Notes: generated from the letters alone by a model not told the origin. Counted from the stretch's first letter, positions 1-13,383 are shown. The stretch is DNA of 56,341 nucleotides from Chara braunii (GCA_003427395.1 BFEA01000018.1:5015602-5071942), one strand, 5' to 3'. Program-made: numbers and translations.

Positions 1-88
<88 letters not shown>
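1..88. repeat. (AG)n / (CT)n microsatellite pair
   Basis: Directly visible dinucleotide tracts, head-to-head complementary. Confidence 0.95.
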
Positions 89-91
<3 letters not shown>

Positions 92-531
92 CCCATGCAC
101 TTTTTCCAAATGACATTGAGAAATCAATGAATCCTTCACCATAACGCGGAATTGTTCATTCTCATTTTACAAATTTACACTTCCCAAAGTATGGGGGAGA
201 GTGATGGAAATGTAGAAAGTTAAAAAACAGGGCAGTCTTGGAAAGCAGGGAATGGTGGTGTGTTCAAGGGAGTAGCTAGACCGCCAGGTGTTATGGACTG
301 CAACAGGCGGCCCAATGAAGGGCTGAAGAGGCGGTTCTAGCTAAGGTTTACATCTCTCAGAAGATGCATTGATAGGCCTAGCAGTAATAGTAGGGAAGCT
401 GTCTCTATGGGAGCAGTGGCAAAAGGCTCTTCCCGCCCTAATGGGAAGAGGCGTATTTCTGTGTTGTATTACATATGTTAATATGAGCCTTGGGCACTGG
501 GCCCCTCTAAAAAAACAACAGCAATGGAGAG

Positions 532-1542
532 TTGCCATACGATGTTCTGCTGGAGGGAGAGGAGACCTACGACGGGTGGGATGACGAACTCTACGACCTG
601 ATCTTGCTTCGACAGCAGGATGCGACTGACAGAGCGCGGGCGATTGCCGTTTTTTACGACTGCATTGAGATGCTGCAACTAGTCAAAGACACGTTTGCTG
701 ATCTTCTGGCGCGGAGAGGCGCGGGTGGTTTGCCAGATACAGAGATGCGGACAGAATCGATAGCACCAGCATCAGTGACAACATCACCAACAACACCATT
801 TTCACCGACAATAGCATTAGCGGCACTGGTATCGACCACAACCACATCATCAGTGGTTAACATGGATAAATTGTCAATACCATCTTCAGCAGTGACCGCT
901 CCAATGACGGCACTGATAACGATATCATCATTGAGTGCACCAACAGTATTCATGACGGCTGACAGCTGTGCTGTCAATAACAACACCTATATCAACATCA
1001 TCGCTATCCGGAGGGGTGGCGCCATCAGTTAACTCTGATGTGCTTGCCAACGGGAGTTGTTCGCGCAAGGTCATGCTGTATGGGGGTGGGAAGAGGGGCT
1101 GCCCCCGCACGTGGAGTTTGCGGATTGGCCACGATTGAACGCATCGAAGTCGTGCAGCTGTAAGACCCTTGAGGAGGGGCAAGGGTTTGGCGGAGAGTTT
1201 GAGATGCGCCTCCATGAAAACGAGGATGATGACTTCGCGGATGGCTTCTGCGCCAGCAGCATCACCGTTGCACACGCGGCCAGAAGTGATGACGTTTTCC
1301 ATGACAAAAACAACAACAAGTGTGATACAGCGTGTGATGATCAATTCAGTGACAATAACAAAATTGTGGTCGATATTCGTGGTCACGTGAGTGTGATTTG
1401 CTTGGCTTTCATCTCGCCTCCCTTTAGGTTTTTTGTGGGGAATGATCAGGGGCGAGACGGGTGGGGGACCGTAATGTTTTGTGAACAGGAAGGCCCAACG
1501 GGCAGGGGGGAGGTGGGATGGAGACGTGAAGGGGTGGGATAG
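532..1542 (+). pseudogene. Degenerate repeat-associated hypothetical ORF, possibly a retroelement accessory ORF relic
   Basis: Two consecutive same-frame ORFs (532-1032, 1057-1542) separated by stops; Thr/Ser-rich middle; no recognisable domain. Confidence 0.3.
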
Positions 1543-2834
1543 GGAGGGTAAGTGCTTTCATGGGTTTCACGCTCTTCTCCTGGCGTGGTTTTGCGGATTG
1601 TGGCGATCGGCTGTGGTAGTATAGCCAATATAAACCTTGATTACTGATTTCAGGTGTCTCTTCTTTTGAGCTTTCGGCTTGTTTGCTGAATGTGCGAGGG
1701 GTCGCTGGATAATTTAGGAAGGGATAATCTGGAGATGATGACGGGATTAGCCATAGTAACCATCTAATTTTTGCCTGGCTGGCAGCGTGGCTCTTGCGGT
1801 GTGACTTAGTTGTCACTGTCTGGTGATCTGAACTCTGCGACGTATATCNNNNNNNNNNNNNNNNNNNNNNNNNNNNNNNNNNNNNNNNNNNNNNNNNNNN
1901 NNNNNNNNNNNNNNNNNNNNNNNNNNNNNNNNNNNNNNNNNNNNNNNNNNNNNNNNNNNNNNNNNNNNNNNNNNNNNNNNNNNNNNNNNNNNNNNNNNNN
2001 NNNNNNNNNNNNNNNNNNNNNNNNNNNNNNNNNNNNNNNNNNNNNNNNNNNNNNNNNNNNNNNNNNNNNNNNNNNNNNNNNNNNNNNNNNNNNNNNNNNN
2101 NNNNNNNNNNNNNNNNNNNNNNNNNNNNNNNNNNNNNNNNNNNNNNNNNNNNNNNNNNNNNNNNNNNNNNNNNNNNNNNNNNNNNNNNNNNNNNNNNNNN
2201 NNNNNNNNNNNNNNNNNNNNNNNNNNNNNNNNNNNNNNNNNNNNNNNNNNNNNNNNNNNNNNNNNNNNNNNNNNNNNNNNNNNNNNNNNNNNNNNNNNNN
2301 NNNNNNNNNNNNNNNNNNNNNNNNNNNNNNNNNNNNNNNNNNNNNNNNNNNNNNNNNNNNNNNNNNNNNNNNNNNNNNNNNNNNNNNNNNNNNNNNNNNN
2401 NNNNNNNNNNNNNNNNNNNNNNNNNNNNNNNNNNNNNNNNNNNNNNNNNNNNNNNNNNNNNNNNNNNNNNNNNNNNNNAAAAAAAAAAAAAAAGAACAGG
2501 CACCATAAACCAAAAAAAAAGACGGATTCTCTTCCTGAAAAAGAAAAAAAAAAACACTTCCCAAAGTATGTGCTGCCTGGCTAATGCGCATCCGAATTTT
2601 ATTTTACCTGGTATTACTCTTCTGATTTCTTCATTTTTCTTTATTTTCTGAAGTCGAAGGTCGTTGGAATTTTCCTTCTTTTTTTTTTTTCTTTTTTTTT
2701 TTCTCTCTCTCTCTCTCTTTTTTTAACGCCCGAAGCTAGCATGTGCACCTACCGGTAGCAGCAGGCTCGGCCGGGTTCGGCATACCGGTAGGGCCAAGCT
2801 CGGACTCGATAACTGAGCAAGGTACTCTGGTGGT

Positions 2835-2987
2835 TTAAGCCACCAGTACTTGGCCCAACTATCGGCCATGGAAAAAAAACAAGTAGGCGCTCCCTCCTGT
2901 AGTGGCCCCTGCATTTCCTAAATAATAAAATAATTATAATTGTGTCTTGTTAGCACAACTTTACCGTAGGAAGTACTGGTGGTTTAA
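2835..2987. mobile_element. TTAA-bounded MITE; related copies at 43330-43546 and 54960-55127
   Basis: Ends TTAAGCCACCAGTACTT... and ...AAGTACTGGTGGTTTAA are inverted repeats; the same termini recur elsewhere in the window. Confidence 0.6.
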
Positions 2988-3018
2988 ACCGCCAGTTACT
3001 ACAGTTAGTTCACAGTTC

Positions 3019-3097
3019 GCTGGGCCCGATTCCCAGCACGTGCTGCTCCCCACGAATAGATTGAAGCATGTCTTAGCCAAAAAAAAAAAAAAAAAAA
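3019..3097 (+). mobile_element. Minimal retroposed LINE tail (structured 3' element plus poly(A)) with 12-bp TSD
   Basis: AGTTCACAGTTC at 3007-3018 and 3098-3109 flanks a ~60-nt LINE 3'-tail motif and an A tract. Confidence 0.8.
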
Positions 3098-3223
3098 AGT
3101 TCACAGTTCAAGCCTAAGTTGACAAAGCTACGCCTCCAAGGCTCGCGAGCCTTTTTTTTTTTTTTTTTTTTTTCCTTTTTTTGCAACTCCGCCTTCTCTA
3201 ATTGGTCTGCCACTTTTGCTAAC

Positions 3224-3321
3224 GGGGGCCAGGTCCCACTTACACGAATTAAGCGATATTGACCGTAGATTGCAAAGATCAACAGCCAGAATCTCTTAAT
3301 CAGTGCAAGTGGGACCTTGCC
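3224..3321. mobile_element. Small foldback/MITE
   Basis: GGGCCAGGTCCCACTTACACGAATTAAG ... CTTAATCAGTGCAAGTGGGACCTTGCCC imperfect inverted repeat. Confidence 0.5.
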
Positions 3322-3346
3322 CTGGCGCAGGCCTGAAGGAGAACAG

Positions 3347-3389
<43 letters not shown>

Positions 3390-3679
3390 AGTTCAGAGGC
3401 TCCATCATTGGTGGGGAGCATCACCTGCTGGATAACGGGTCCAGCGTCCCCTTTCACATAGTCAGGATAGTTTGGAGTTTCCAGGAAAGCTGTTTGTCCT
3501 GCCAGCATTGATTACCCTGCACAACCAGGGGATTTACTGAGCAGGCTGAGTGGGGGTTAACTTATCAGGGGCTAAGGAAGGAGGGGGGGCCTCTTCACCT
3601 GGGAACCGGCGCCAGATACGTACTACGATGTTCTAGCTCCTCCCTCCTTCACTAACCCAGTTTTGAAGCACAGTAACAG

Positions 3680-4981
3680 CTAGCCAGGGCTGTCCACTGT
3701 GGTCCATTCATTGAAATGCAGGCGGTAATCTCTTGTGATCTCCCTTCCTGCTGGGTCTTCCTCTGCTGCTGTAGTTGCTGCAGGCTCTGTAGGTTCTCCC
3801 TGCCATTCCACCCTGCCTATCCTTCCTCCCTTGGAATCCCCAAGCCAGTTTGAGTTGAACTTTTGAATTTGTTGTTTGATTTCTCTTGGTTTGTGAAGCA
3901 GGTGGATTCGTGCTTTAACCTCGTTCCACTTGGCCGTGATTACTGTCTGAATCTGTAGCTGGACGCTCTCCGTGAACTCAGGTCCTTCTAATCGGGCCCC
4001 CTCCAGTTCAAAGGTGCATCGTCGGTGCCACAGAGCCCAGAGGATCGCCCGCCGCCCCAGCTTAAGCAAGTTCGCTGTGAACTCGTCCACTTGCTCTGTC
4101 AGGTCCGGCGGCCAAGTTTCACATAGCAGGGCCTTCCAGTCCCATGGCCACTGGATGTTTGTCTCCAGTTGCTCCCACACTCTATCCCACCATCTCCATA
4201 ACCAGAGGGCCCCTGGACACCGAAGAAAGATATGTTCGGTTGTCTCTGGGTGTTTCCCGGGGGGGGAACGCACTCGTGCAAAGCTTGCACCATGGGAGTG
4301 CTCGCCCTCGTTGTTCCAGTGACGTCCTGTCTATGATCCAATTATTCGTTGGGAGGCAGCGATGCTCAATCTGCCACTAGAGCGAGGCCCATCTAGTTGG
4401 CTTTTCTTTTATTGTTTTGAACCATCGGACTGCTTTCAGCTCCTGATTGTTGAGGTTGAGGTGATTTCTCCAACGTTCCCGCACCTGATCGCGGAGTGCA
4501 GCCTTCGGTCTTAAGAGCCTGTATGTAGATTTGACTGTTAAGGCATGTAGGGACTTCTTAAAGTTCTGGCCTTGCTTGCCTTGGGTTGACCACGACCACT
4601 CCCCTGGGTCCAGGGCCAGGTTGTGTATGGGGGTTTCAGGGTGGTAGGTTATCCATTGTTCCTTTTCGTGTAGCACTCGGATTCTGTGTACCTCCCCAGT
4701 TTGACATGTTAGGTCTGTGTTACAAATCTCGCTTTGGATTACATTATTCTGGCCCACTGGAGAGAGCCGCACGGCTACTGTCCCATCCGTGTTACAGCAC
4801 AAGATCCTGCCCACCTGGCCCTGTCGGTCTCTGACTGCCACCCAGTCATGTTTTTGCAGGGAGGGGCCGTTGCGAAGGATTCTCCACCATGCCAGTGGAA
4901 TCATCTCTACTAATTTCTCCAGGGCTTCATAGGGTTGGTGGCAGTACCTCAGTTTCTGGCGGAGCTGGTTGGGCCCAATCC
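3680..4981 (-). pseudogene. LINE ORF2 C-terminal region (zf-RVT-like), broken
   Basis: ETTEHIFLRCP..W motif and ILWALWHRRC typical of the L1 ORF2 C-terminus; ALTVKSTYRLL upstream; stop and frameshift between segments. Confidence 0.85.
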
Positions 4982-5003
4982 NNNNNNNNNNNNNNNNNNN
5001 NNN

Positions 5004-5005
5004 AA

Positions 5006-5049
<44 letters not shown>

Positions 5050-5233
5050 AAAGAAGAAAGAAAGAAAGAAAGGAAGGAAGAAAGAAAAAGAAGAAGAGGA
5101 AGAAGAAGAAGATGATGAAGAAAAAGAAAAAAAAAACGAGATGGGGGGAAGTGGGAGGCCCTTCCCCCTCCTCCCACTTCCCCCGATCTCATTTTTTTTT
5201 TCTTCATCTTCTTCTTCTTCTTCCTCTTATTCT

Positions 5234-5265
<32 letters not shown>

Positions 5266-5432
5266 TTCTTCCTTTTGTTCTTCTTCTTCTTCTTCCTCTT
5301 CTTCCTCTTCGTCTTCTTCTTCTTCTTCTTCTTCTTCTTCTTCTTCTTTTTTCTCCTCTTGTTCTTCTTCTTCATCTTCTTCTTCTTCTATCTTCGTTTG
5401 TAAATTTTCTTTCTACGTTGTGTTTTGTCTAC

Positions 5433-5492
<60 letters not shown>

Positions 5493-5664
5493 GAAAGAGA
5501 GAGAGAGGAGAGGAGAGAGAAAGAGAGTTCACTACTGCGGGCCACGAACGCATAAAACGATGCACATAAGTGCGATTTTAGCCCGCAGTAGCGAACTCCA
5601 TACGTTTTCATTTGCCGGACGGTTCCTTCTTTGTTTATTCCTGACGTCTCTTTTATTCTGTTAT

Positions 5665-5753
<89 letters not shown>

Positions 5754-6003
5754 CTACAATCTTTCTTTCTTGTGTTCGTGTCTCTCTCACTCCCTTATTC
5801 GGACGGATGCGTTTGGAAGAATGGTCTGCTTTCTTTTTGTTAAGGCGTGTTGTCTGTGTGATATCGAGTCATGTATCGGGGAGATGCAGATGTACAGTAC
5901 AAAATAACAATGTATGTTTTCATGCACATATAGGCAATCTTTTGTAGGAGCCCGTTGACAAAAAGTGAGGAAGTAGTGAGACCCTGTCTCTGCGCCTCCC
6001 CCG

Positions 6004-6092
<89 letters not shown>

Positions 6093-6149
6093 GGATTTCA
6101 CGCCTGAATCGGAGCGTGTTTGTGAAGAGATGCGAAAAAGTGGAGTCTG

Positions 6150-6222
<73 letters not shown>
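5004..6222. repeat. Compound microsatellite cluster (AAAG, CTT, AG, CT) inside LINE ORF2, with a ~70-bp hairpin at 5526-5598
   Basis: Tracts directly visible; GAGTTCACTACTGCGGGC ... GCCCGCAGTAGCGAACTC inverted repeat. Confidence 0.9.
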
Positions 6223-6223
<1 letters not shown>

Positions 6224-6749
6224 CTGCTGCTCACTCGTAGCAGCATTGTTGCTCCCCAGGCCGTCAGTGGGTGGCTCCCCAGGCCGTCGCTGCGTGGGTC
6301 GCGGCCGCGCTGTTGCTCCCCAGGCCGTCGGTGTGTTGCCCCCCTCCTCACCGCCCCGCCACCTCCTCCCTGCTGCTGAACCATGCACAAGTTGTGCCGT
6401 CGCTGGATGACGGCTCCAAAATTCAGAGCGCTCCAGCAGTTCAAAAGTGGGGAGTGAACCTTGCCACCTCTTGTGGTTAGGTTCGCCCCCTATTGTTTTA
6501 ATGGGAGCGAAACTCAACATCCTGTTTGAAAGCGGTAACTCGTCCGAACGTGGGCCGTGGTGCAGCCGCCAAGAGGCAAGAGCAGCGTGCGAAAAATTTG
6601 AAAGAAGGTTCCTGCTTTTTTTTTTTTCATGAGGACCTCGACCTTTTTTATTTTTTTTCCAGGCAGGCTGACGGCGGGACTTGACATTTCGTGCGTGCAC
6701 CTTCGACTTTTTTAGGCGGGTGGCCATTTCGTGCAGTGATTGGGGGGGA

Positions 6750-7010
6750 TGGGGGGGGAGGGGGTCCTCATGGGTTGTCCTGGGTCTGTGGGTCGGGTGA
6801 CCCAGGCCTAGCACTCACCCACCTGTCACCCACCCACTTGGGTGACCCAGGCCTAATGTTGACCCACCTGTCACCCACCCAGGCTGCTTGGCCTTGACCC
6901 GCCCTCATCCCACCTAGGTCACCATATCAAGACCCGCACCTGACCCAATGTCCTCGTGGGTGGGGTGGGTGCAGGTGGGTGCGGGTCTGGGTACCCGGTG
7001 CTCATCTCTG
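6750..7010 (-). mobile_element. Possible hAT-like non-autonomous element end interrupting LINE ORF2
   Basis: LINE frame stops at CAGAGATGAGCACCGGGTACCC (minus strand), followed by clustered GGGTGACCC/ACCC repeats; the other end was not located. Confidence 0.35.
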
Positions 7011-8332
7011 GTCTGGGGGGGGTAGGCTCCTCCATGTCTTGAGCAGAGAGGGCCAGAAGGGGTCGTGTTGTAAATCGGCTCGAGCGGCTTTCCTGGGGGA
7101 GTCGCAATGGGGGTCAGGGTGCTGCTCCCTTCTTCGGGGAATGGGCCATTCTCTGTTTTCTAGCCACGTCAGCGGGTCGGTCCCCGTTGGTGCTTGCAGT
7201 GTCAGGCGCGTGATTTGCTCCAGTGCCAACCCTCTCCAAGGGATCTCTGGATTGAAGAGGAGGCGTTTAAGCCATTTCAAGACCAGTGCTCTTGTTTGTA
7301 GCAGGGGATCAATGATACCCAACCCTCCCTGGTTCTTTGGTTGAATAATGGCGTGCCAGGCGACTTTGGGCAAAACGTTTTGTCGTTCGTGATCACCCCG
7401 CCATAAGAAGGCTGCAATTTGGCGTTGCAGCGGGCGCAAGGCGTGCTTGTCTAGAGCCCAAATAGCCGATTTGTACCACATCGACGCTAGGATCACGTTA
7501 TTGATGATTAGGGCTCGACCAAACAATGAAGTGTGCTTGTCCCTCCAGAGGGCCATTTTGGCTAAGGGGGGCGAAGAGATCCAGTCGGTATGAGTCGAGG
7601 GTCTGCCTTCTGCAGTTATAGTGATGCCCAACACCCTGATGGGCGCCTCCTTGGGGAGCCAATTGATGCTAGGCTGGTTTGGGGGCCTCGCTCCTTGGTG
7701 GTGTATACACCACCCTTGAGTTTTATTTCCCCAGTCCACTTTCATGTCTGACAAGGTGCAGAAGCGGTTCATCATGTGTTGCATCTCCTCCATTGCTTCT
7801 TTGGAGGCGTCCACCATCAGCGTTAAATCATCTGCAAACAGGGAGCACACCGGGATTGCCTCCTTGGGTATTGCCGCCACTTGGATCCTTTTGAGGTCTT
7901 TTTGGGACCTCAGATTGGCGGCCAACGCTTCCATGACTATGACAAACAAGTAGGGTGCTATGGGATCGCCTTGTCTTACTGACCTCTGCAGGCGTATAGG
8001 GGGGGCCAGATTGCCATTCACCATGACTCTAGTGGTTGCATTACTATGAAGGATTTCGATCCAGCGTCGGAAGTTTCCCCAAAGTTGAGTTTATGTAGGC
8101 ATTTATCCAGAAAGAACCAGTCCACATGGTCGTATGCTTTCTCAAATTCAATGAAAATAATTATTGCGTTTGTCCTCGATTGCCTTGATAGCTTGATCAC
8201 CTCGTTGACCAGGAGGATGTTATCCTGGATGTTTCTCCCTTGGATAAAGCCAGATTGGTCGGGGTGGATGATATCCCGCATAGCTGATGTCATACGGTTA
8301 GTCAGAGCTTTTGCTAGTAGTTTGTAGACCAC
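7002..8332 (-). pseudogene. LINE ORF2 reverse transcriptase domain (frameshifted)
   Basis: QSGFIQGRNIQDNI, EFEKAYDHVDW, RQGDPIAPYLF and LFADD motifs. Confidence 0.95.
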
Positions 8333-8351
8333 GGTGAGGAGGGTGATGAAC

Positions 8352-10068
8352 CTATAGTTTCTGGTGTTGGTCCGCGCCCCTTTTTTTATATAAGAGCGTC
8401 AACACTCCTTGCCTTACTATCTCGCCTATCTGCCCAGTGTCCCATACCGTATGGTAGAAAGCCATGAGATCCTGTGAGATGCTGGGCCACATAGCTTCCC
8501 AAAATTCCTTGGGGATGCTGTCCAGGCCCGGGGTTTTTTCTTCATCCATTTGCTTGAGTGCCTCCCTGATTTCTTCCTTTGATATGGGTACGTCTAAGGT
8601 CTGTCTTTGTTGGTCGGTGAGGGATTTTGTGAGAGGCTCCAAGAATGCGTCAATCTCCTCTGCACGTTTTCCTTTCTCTTGGTTCGTACATTCTGAAGTG
8701 AACAATTCCTGGTAAAAGTTTATTGTTATTTGAGTGCACTCGGCCGTGGATGAATAGAGGGTTCCGGAGTGACCTTTCGGGTTTACTAAGGCCTCGATTG
8801 TCGATCTCCCTGTTCTGGCTCTGGCCATTGCGAAAAATTTGGCGTCCATTGCGCCCTCGGTGCTGTGCTTTGAGAGTTTGCCTCGGATCCTGGCTCCTTG
8901 CCATCTGTTCTTCATGTAACCCATGAGTTGGCCTTCTAGGAGCTGGATAGTCTCGCTTTGTTGATCAAGGGGTTGCATGTCATTTTCCTGCGATTGCAGG
9001 TGCTGAAGTTGGTGTTGAAGATTTAGCTCTTCCGCGTGGCGGCGGGCTGCGAGAAGTTTCGAGTATTCATTGCACTTGCGGCCTAAAAACGCCAGGCCGT
9101 TGTTGAACCACAATATGTCGTCGTCGATGTGGTCCCTCTGAGTTTGCCAAAATGACCAAACATCCTTGAGATAGGCCGTGAACCGATCGTAGGTTAGGAG
9201 GGATGTATTGAGTTTGTAGAAGCCCCTACCTTGGTCGGGTTTTTTTCTAAAGGAAAAAACTGCCAAACACATGGCGTGGTCCAGGCTGGGGTAAGGGCTT
9301 TTGGGAAAAATCTCAGCTGTGTGCAGGCCCTCTTGAAGGTCCTCAGACGCTAGGATCATATCAATACGATGCAGATGCTGTAGCACTTTTGTGGTGACAT
9401 GTGAAACGGCGAGCCGTCAGGTGGCTGCGTCGAAAGGTATCGAAAAGGTTGAGAGATTGTGAGAGGTCAGAAATCATACCCTCGTCCTGTTCTATGTATA
9501 TCGGGCAGGGGGATGGAGTTTTCCATCTATCGTTCCACCTGTCTGGTGCCGCATTGAAGTACCCCACAATGATTGCAGGGATGCCCACCGGTAGTTTATC
9601 CTTACGGGATTCCAAGAAGGATCGTCGTTCCAGTGGGTCATTAGGTGCGTAGATGTTAAGAATAGTGACCACTTCCAGTTCGAGCATGGCCAGGAGATAT
9701 ACCCATCTGCCTTCGTTTTGGTCCGCTGCCCAGTTCAGCATCTCCACTTTGGAATCTGGAGGGATCCATATGGCTACGCCACAACTACCCGGGCGTGGGG
9801 CATGGGCCCTGAAGGTCAGGTGGGGCCAGATCTCCTTGTGTGTGTGGTTGTGGTCCGGGGTGTCCATTAGATGAGTTTCCTGGAGACATATGACGTCCGG
9901 CCATTTCCTCCCTTCCACTCCTCTCAGTAGGTCTACTATGGCTTGTCTTTTGGGAGCCTTTGCCGAGGCTAGGCCGTTCACATTGAGAGTGCGCAGGTCA
10001 AGGTCCGCTTGGCGTTTGAAAAGGTTCCAGGCCTTGTCCTTACCATAGAGTGCATCTACAACATTCAT
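8352..10068 (-). pseudogene. LINE ORF2 apurinic endonuclease plus linker (frameshifted)
   Basis: TLNVNGL, DVICLQETH, LNIYAPN, VGYFN (GDFN-like), RIDMIL, LDH and KTPGLDSIPKEFW motifs. Confidence 0.93.
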
Positions 10069-10754
10069 CTCTTATTATTCCAATTTTGTATCTGTAGATG
10101 TCTGTGCGTGGTTTTTTTTTTTTTTTTTTTTTTTTTTAGTGGCAACCACTTCACCGAGTTCAAGAAGCTGCCTTTCTGCAGAACACGCATCCTGATTATA
10201 TGTACCAGAAACGCCTCGATCTCGGGTGCTGTCCAAAGGTCGCCGCTTTTTATTTTTAGGATCTGGAGGTCTTGAAGGGCCTCATTATCGAACCATCGTA
10301 GGTTCATGTTGGGTCGGTCGTACTGTAGATAGATGTCCCGAATTCCAAGTCTGTCACGCCCGTGGGAGATTTCCAAAGCCATGGTAGCGCCCTTTGGCAG
10401 GAGACCCTGAGTCAATCGTGAGATATCCTGTTTTCTAGGGGTCAGGTTGTCCGCCCAAGATGTTAGTGAGAGGAAGAGGGCCGATCGTCCCTGAAGTGAT
10501 ACCTCTCCGTGGAGTGCGCCGGGAGGGATTGACATTCCCACCTCCCAGTCCTCATGTATCCGTCTGACTGGGAGGAGTGTGACGCCCTTATTTGAGGACA
10601 TGGAGGGAGGGGCTCTTTCCAGCAAGTGGTGTATTTTTTGTCTTCTACTGGTGAGAGTCNGGGAGGAGTGTGACGCCCTTATTTGAGGACATGGAGGGAG
10701 GGGCTCTTTCCAGCAAGTGGTGTATTTTTTGTCTTCTACTGGTGAGAGTCCACT

Positions 10755-10786
<32 letters not shown>

Positions 10787-12313
10787 CAGGTGCAGGGGGG
10801 AGTGGCAGCTGTACGGGTGAGGTGAGCTCCCAGGCCGGCAGTGCGAGGCACAACCCGCCTCCCTGTTCCATAGCCTGGGGCTGAGCGGATTGTCGTTGGG
10901 TTGGTTTTTGGTCCCCGTCGTCCTGCCTTGTGCCCTCAGTCTCTCCTTCCTGTAGGTTCGTGGGCTTGTCTGGCTGTTCTCGTGCTGCGGAGCAGTCCCG
11001 TTCTCGTGGCTGTGGGCCCTCAATCTCTCCTCGGATCATGTCCTGAGGAGGTGCTTGGTCATCCTGTCGGGATTTCTCGTGAGCGATTGGCTGGTTTGCC
11101 TTGGCGCCGGTGCTTGCAAGGCTCATTTCCTGTTGTTGCTCTTTCGTTTGGCCTGTGGCTGCCGGACCCTTTGCCTGCTGGTGCTCTTTGATGTGGTCTG
11201 CGACTCCCTGAGCAACATTATCGGTATGGCCGTCCGTTCCATCCTTTCTATCCTCGGTTGTTCTGTGATCGTTATTGGTGTGGCCGTTATTGGTGTGGCC
11301 GTTCCCGCCCTCCAGGTTGTGTTTTGCAGTAGGGGGGGGACTAGACCTAGTGAGCACAATACGTAGCAACTTGTGACAGATCTGTGTCCAGGACGATCCT
11401 TTAGGCAGACCTTGATTCAAAGCTATATGGAGGCTTGGGATGGTCTCCAATAGGGGGATCAAATCTCTGTATACGGTATCCCACGCCTCCTCATTTCTGT
11501 TTGGAAATTTCAGGCGGAGGTTTTCCATCAGCCACTCAGCCACATCCTACAGAGCCATCCCACATCCGTTACTTTCCTCATGTGCGTCAGGCTGGGCATC
11601 CGTTGGGACTGTGTCGTTTTCCTGGGCTTCGGCCATCTCCACCTCGGGGGGGGGTGGGGCGCCAGGAATACTTTCTACTTCCATTGGTTCGAGGCCGAAG
11701 GCCTCTTCAAACAAGTCATTTGGATCTCGCACCCCTGCATTTTGCTGCACTGGCCCATTCAGTGTTGATTACACAGTTTGATTTGGTTCCGCTCCTGGTG
11801 GTGGGGGCACGGGTTGGGGATTTTTCCGGTGCTCCTCATTCTTCTGTGTGTCTCCTGATGGGAGGGGCAGTTGGGGGTGTGGTTGGGGGTTTCTCTTTTG
11901 CCCATCAATTTTTTTTTTTTTCTGTGTGCCTTCTGATGTCTTGTTTGTGGGCAGGTACTGTTTGGCGAGGGGGCCCCAAGTCCGTCTCTCAAGGGAGTCA
12001 GGTTGTTTTTTTAAGCCTTGCTTCTCTTCTCCTTGAGGGCCAGGCGGCTTGGGACTCTGCGTTCCGGGTTCTGTGGGCTTCTCGAGTTTACGGTCCTTCT
12101 CCGGGCGAGGCGGAGTCCAATCGTTGGGGGGTTTGGTGGCCCAGCAGGGGTTTCCTCTTCCTTCCCAGGTTCAACCTTTTACTTTTCCTGTAGGGTCGCG
12201 GTCTTCGAGAAACACCCATCCCTCGTGGCCATGGTTCACCATATACCATCTGTTGGGTCTGCGCGGATCTTGGCGGAGCCGACCAGAGGGCAAATCCCTG
12301 TTGTTTGGAACAT
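10065..12313 (-). pseudogene. LINE ORF1, 3' half (a few in-frame stops)
   Basis: One frame runs from the transposon junction (VPNNRDLPSG...) through ORFs 11547-11750 and 10065-11543 and abuts the ORF2 start. Confidence 0.8.
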
Positions 12314-12339
12314 GTTATTTGTTAAAATAGGACATTATA
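12314..12339 (+). repeat. Left TIR GTTATTTGTTAAAATAGGACATTATA
   Basis: 25/26 identical to the reverse complement of 37965-37990. Confidence 0.95.
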
Positions 12340-12729
12340 TTTTAAATTGGTACTCGCACGCTATTAATTTCATGTTAAAATCGCTATATTTTGTACCTGA
12401 ATGGAGCTTAGGAACCCGAAGAATGCAATTGAGAAGCTATAAATTGAATCTAAACTGGAGATTCAAGGCAATCACTTACTGATCATGATGGATTAAGTGT
12501 GGATTCCATTGCACTTCCATCAATTTTGTAACTTAAAAGCCGTTACGGTTACAACATGAATTGTTGAACTCTCCATTTCTTTACACCTTGCTCAATTTTG
12601 AGTCAGCATTGAGTCGGACCTCTTTTAGATGACATTGTGACTTCCCTTAATTTATTGAAACTCAATCGAAGTGGGACATTTACGACAAGCACACGGATGG
12701 TTTAAATACTAATAGTCTCGTATGGATTC

Positions 12730-13000
12730 TGTCGCACTTCGATAATATTTGCTTTAACTCTATTAAATGTATACTAATCACGAAAAAGTTTAACGAATCA
12801 CACGACAAACGAATGACACGACAAACGAGATTACGGTTGAAGTACAGTGACTATGGGTTCCATCGCACTTCGATAATTTATGTACTACATACTTATTAAA
12901 AGACGTGACACTCAGTCTGTTCGGTGTGATTTAAGGATGGATTCCAACACTGTGACACTTCGATAATTTTTGACTCTATCACACTTCGACAATTTATGTG
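12730..13000. repeat. Left subterminal repeats (CACTTCGATAATTT-like, ~4 copies)
   Basis: Motif near 12735, 12865, 12956 and 12982 in the AT-rich left end. Confidence 0.65.
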
Positions 13001-13383
13001 ACTTTAAAGACGAAACTGACATGTCATTGTCATACATTGAAATGCACNNNNNNNNNNNNNNNNNNNNNNNNNNNNNNNNNNNNNNNNNNNNNNNNNNNNN
13101 NNNNNNNNNNNNNNNNNNNNNNNNNNNNNNNNNNNNNNNNNNNNNNNNNNNNNNNNNNNNNNNNNNNNNNNNNNNNNNNNNNNNNNNNNNNNNNNNNNNN
13201 NNNNNNNNNNNNNNNNNNNNNNNNNNNNNNNNNNNNNNNNNNNNNNNNNNNNNNNNNNNNNNNNNNNNNNNNNNNNNNNNNNNNNNNNNNNNAACTGTAC
13301 ATTGAACTACGTCTAAATTAAACGCTACGAGCCGCAACAATGTAAACTTTCTAAAACGCTATCATTTACAAAATTTGAAGTTC

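Larger units (their letters stand above)
3348..12313 (-). mobile_element. L1-clade LINE retrotransposon, 3' part (ORF1 C-terminal half, ORF2, 3'UTR, poly(A))
   Basis: Poly(A) seen as a plus-strand T tract at 3348-3387; APE endonuclease, RT and zf-RVT-like segments in the expected order on the minus strand. Confidence 0.93.

Noticed and set aside
4889-6444. Long Lys/Ser/Glu-Arg ORFs in the ORF track
   Set aside because: Translations of microsatellites and N gaps.
10569-10749. ~90-bp tandem duplication in LINE ORF1 around a single N
   Set aside because: Probably a scaffolding artefact at the N.
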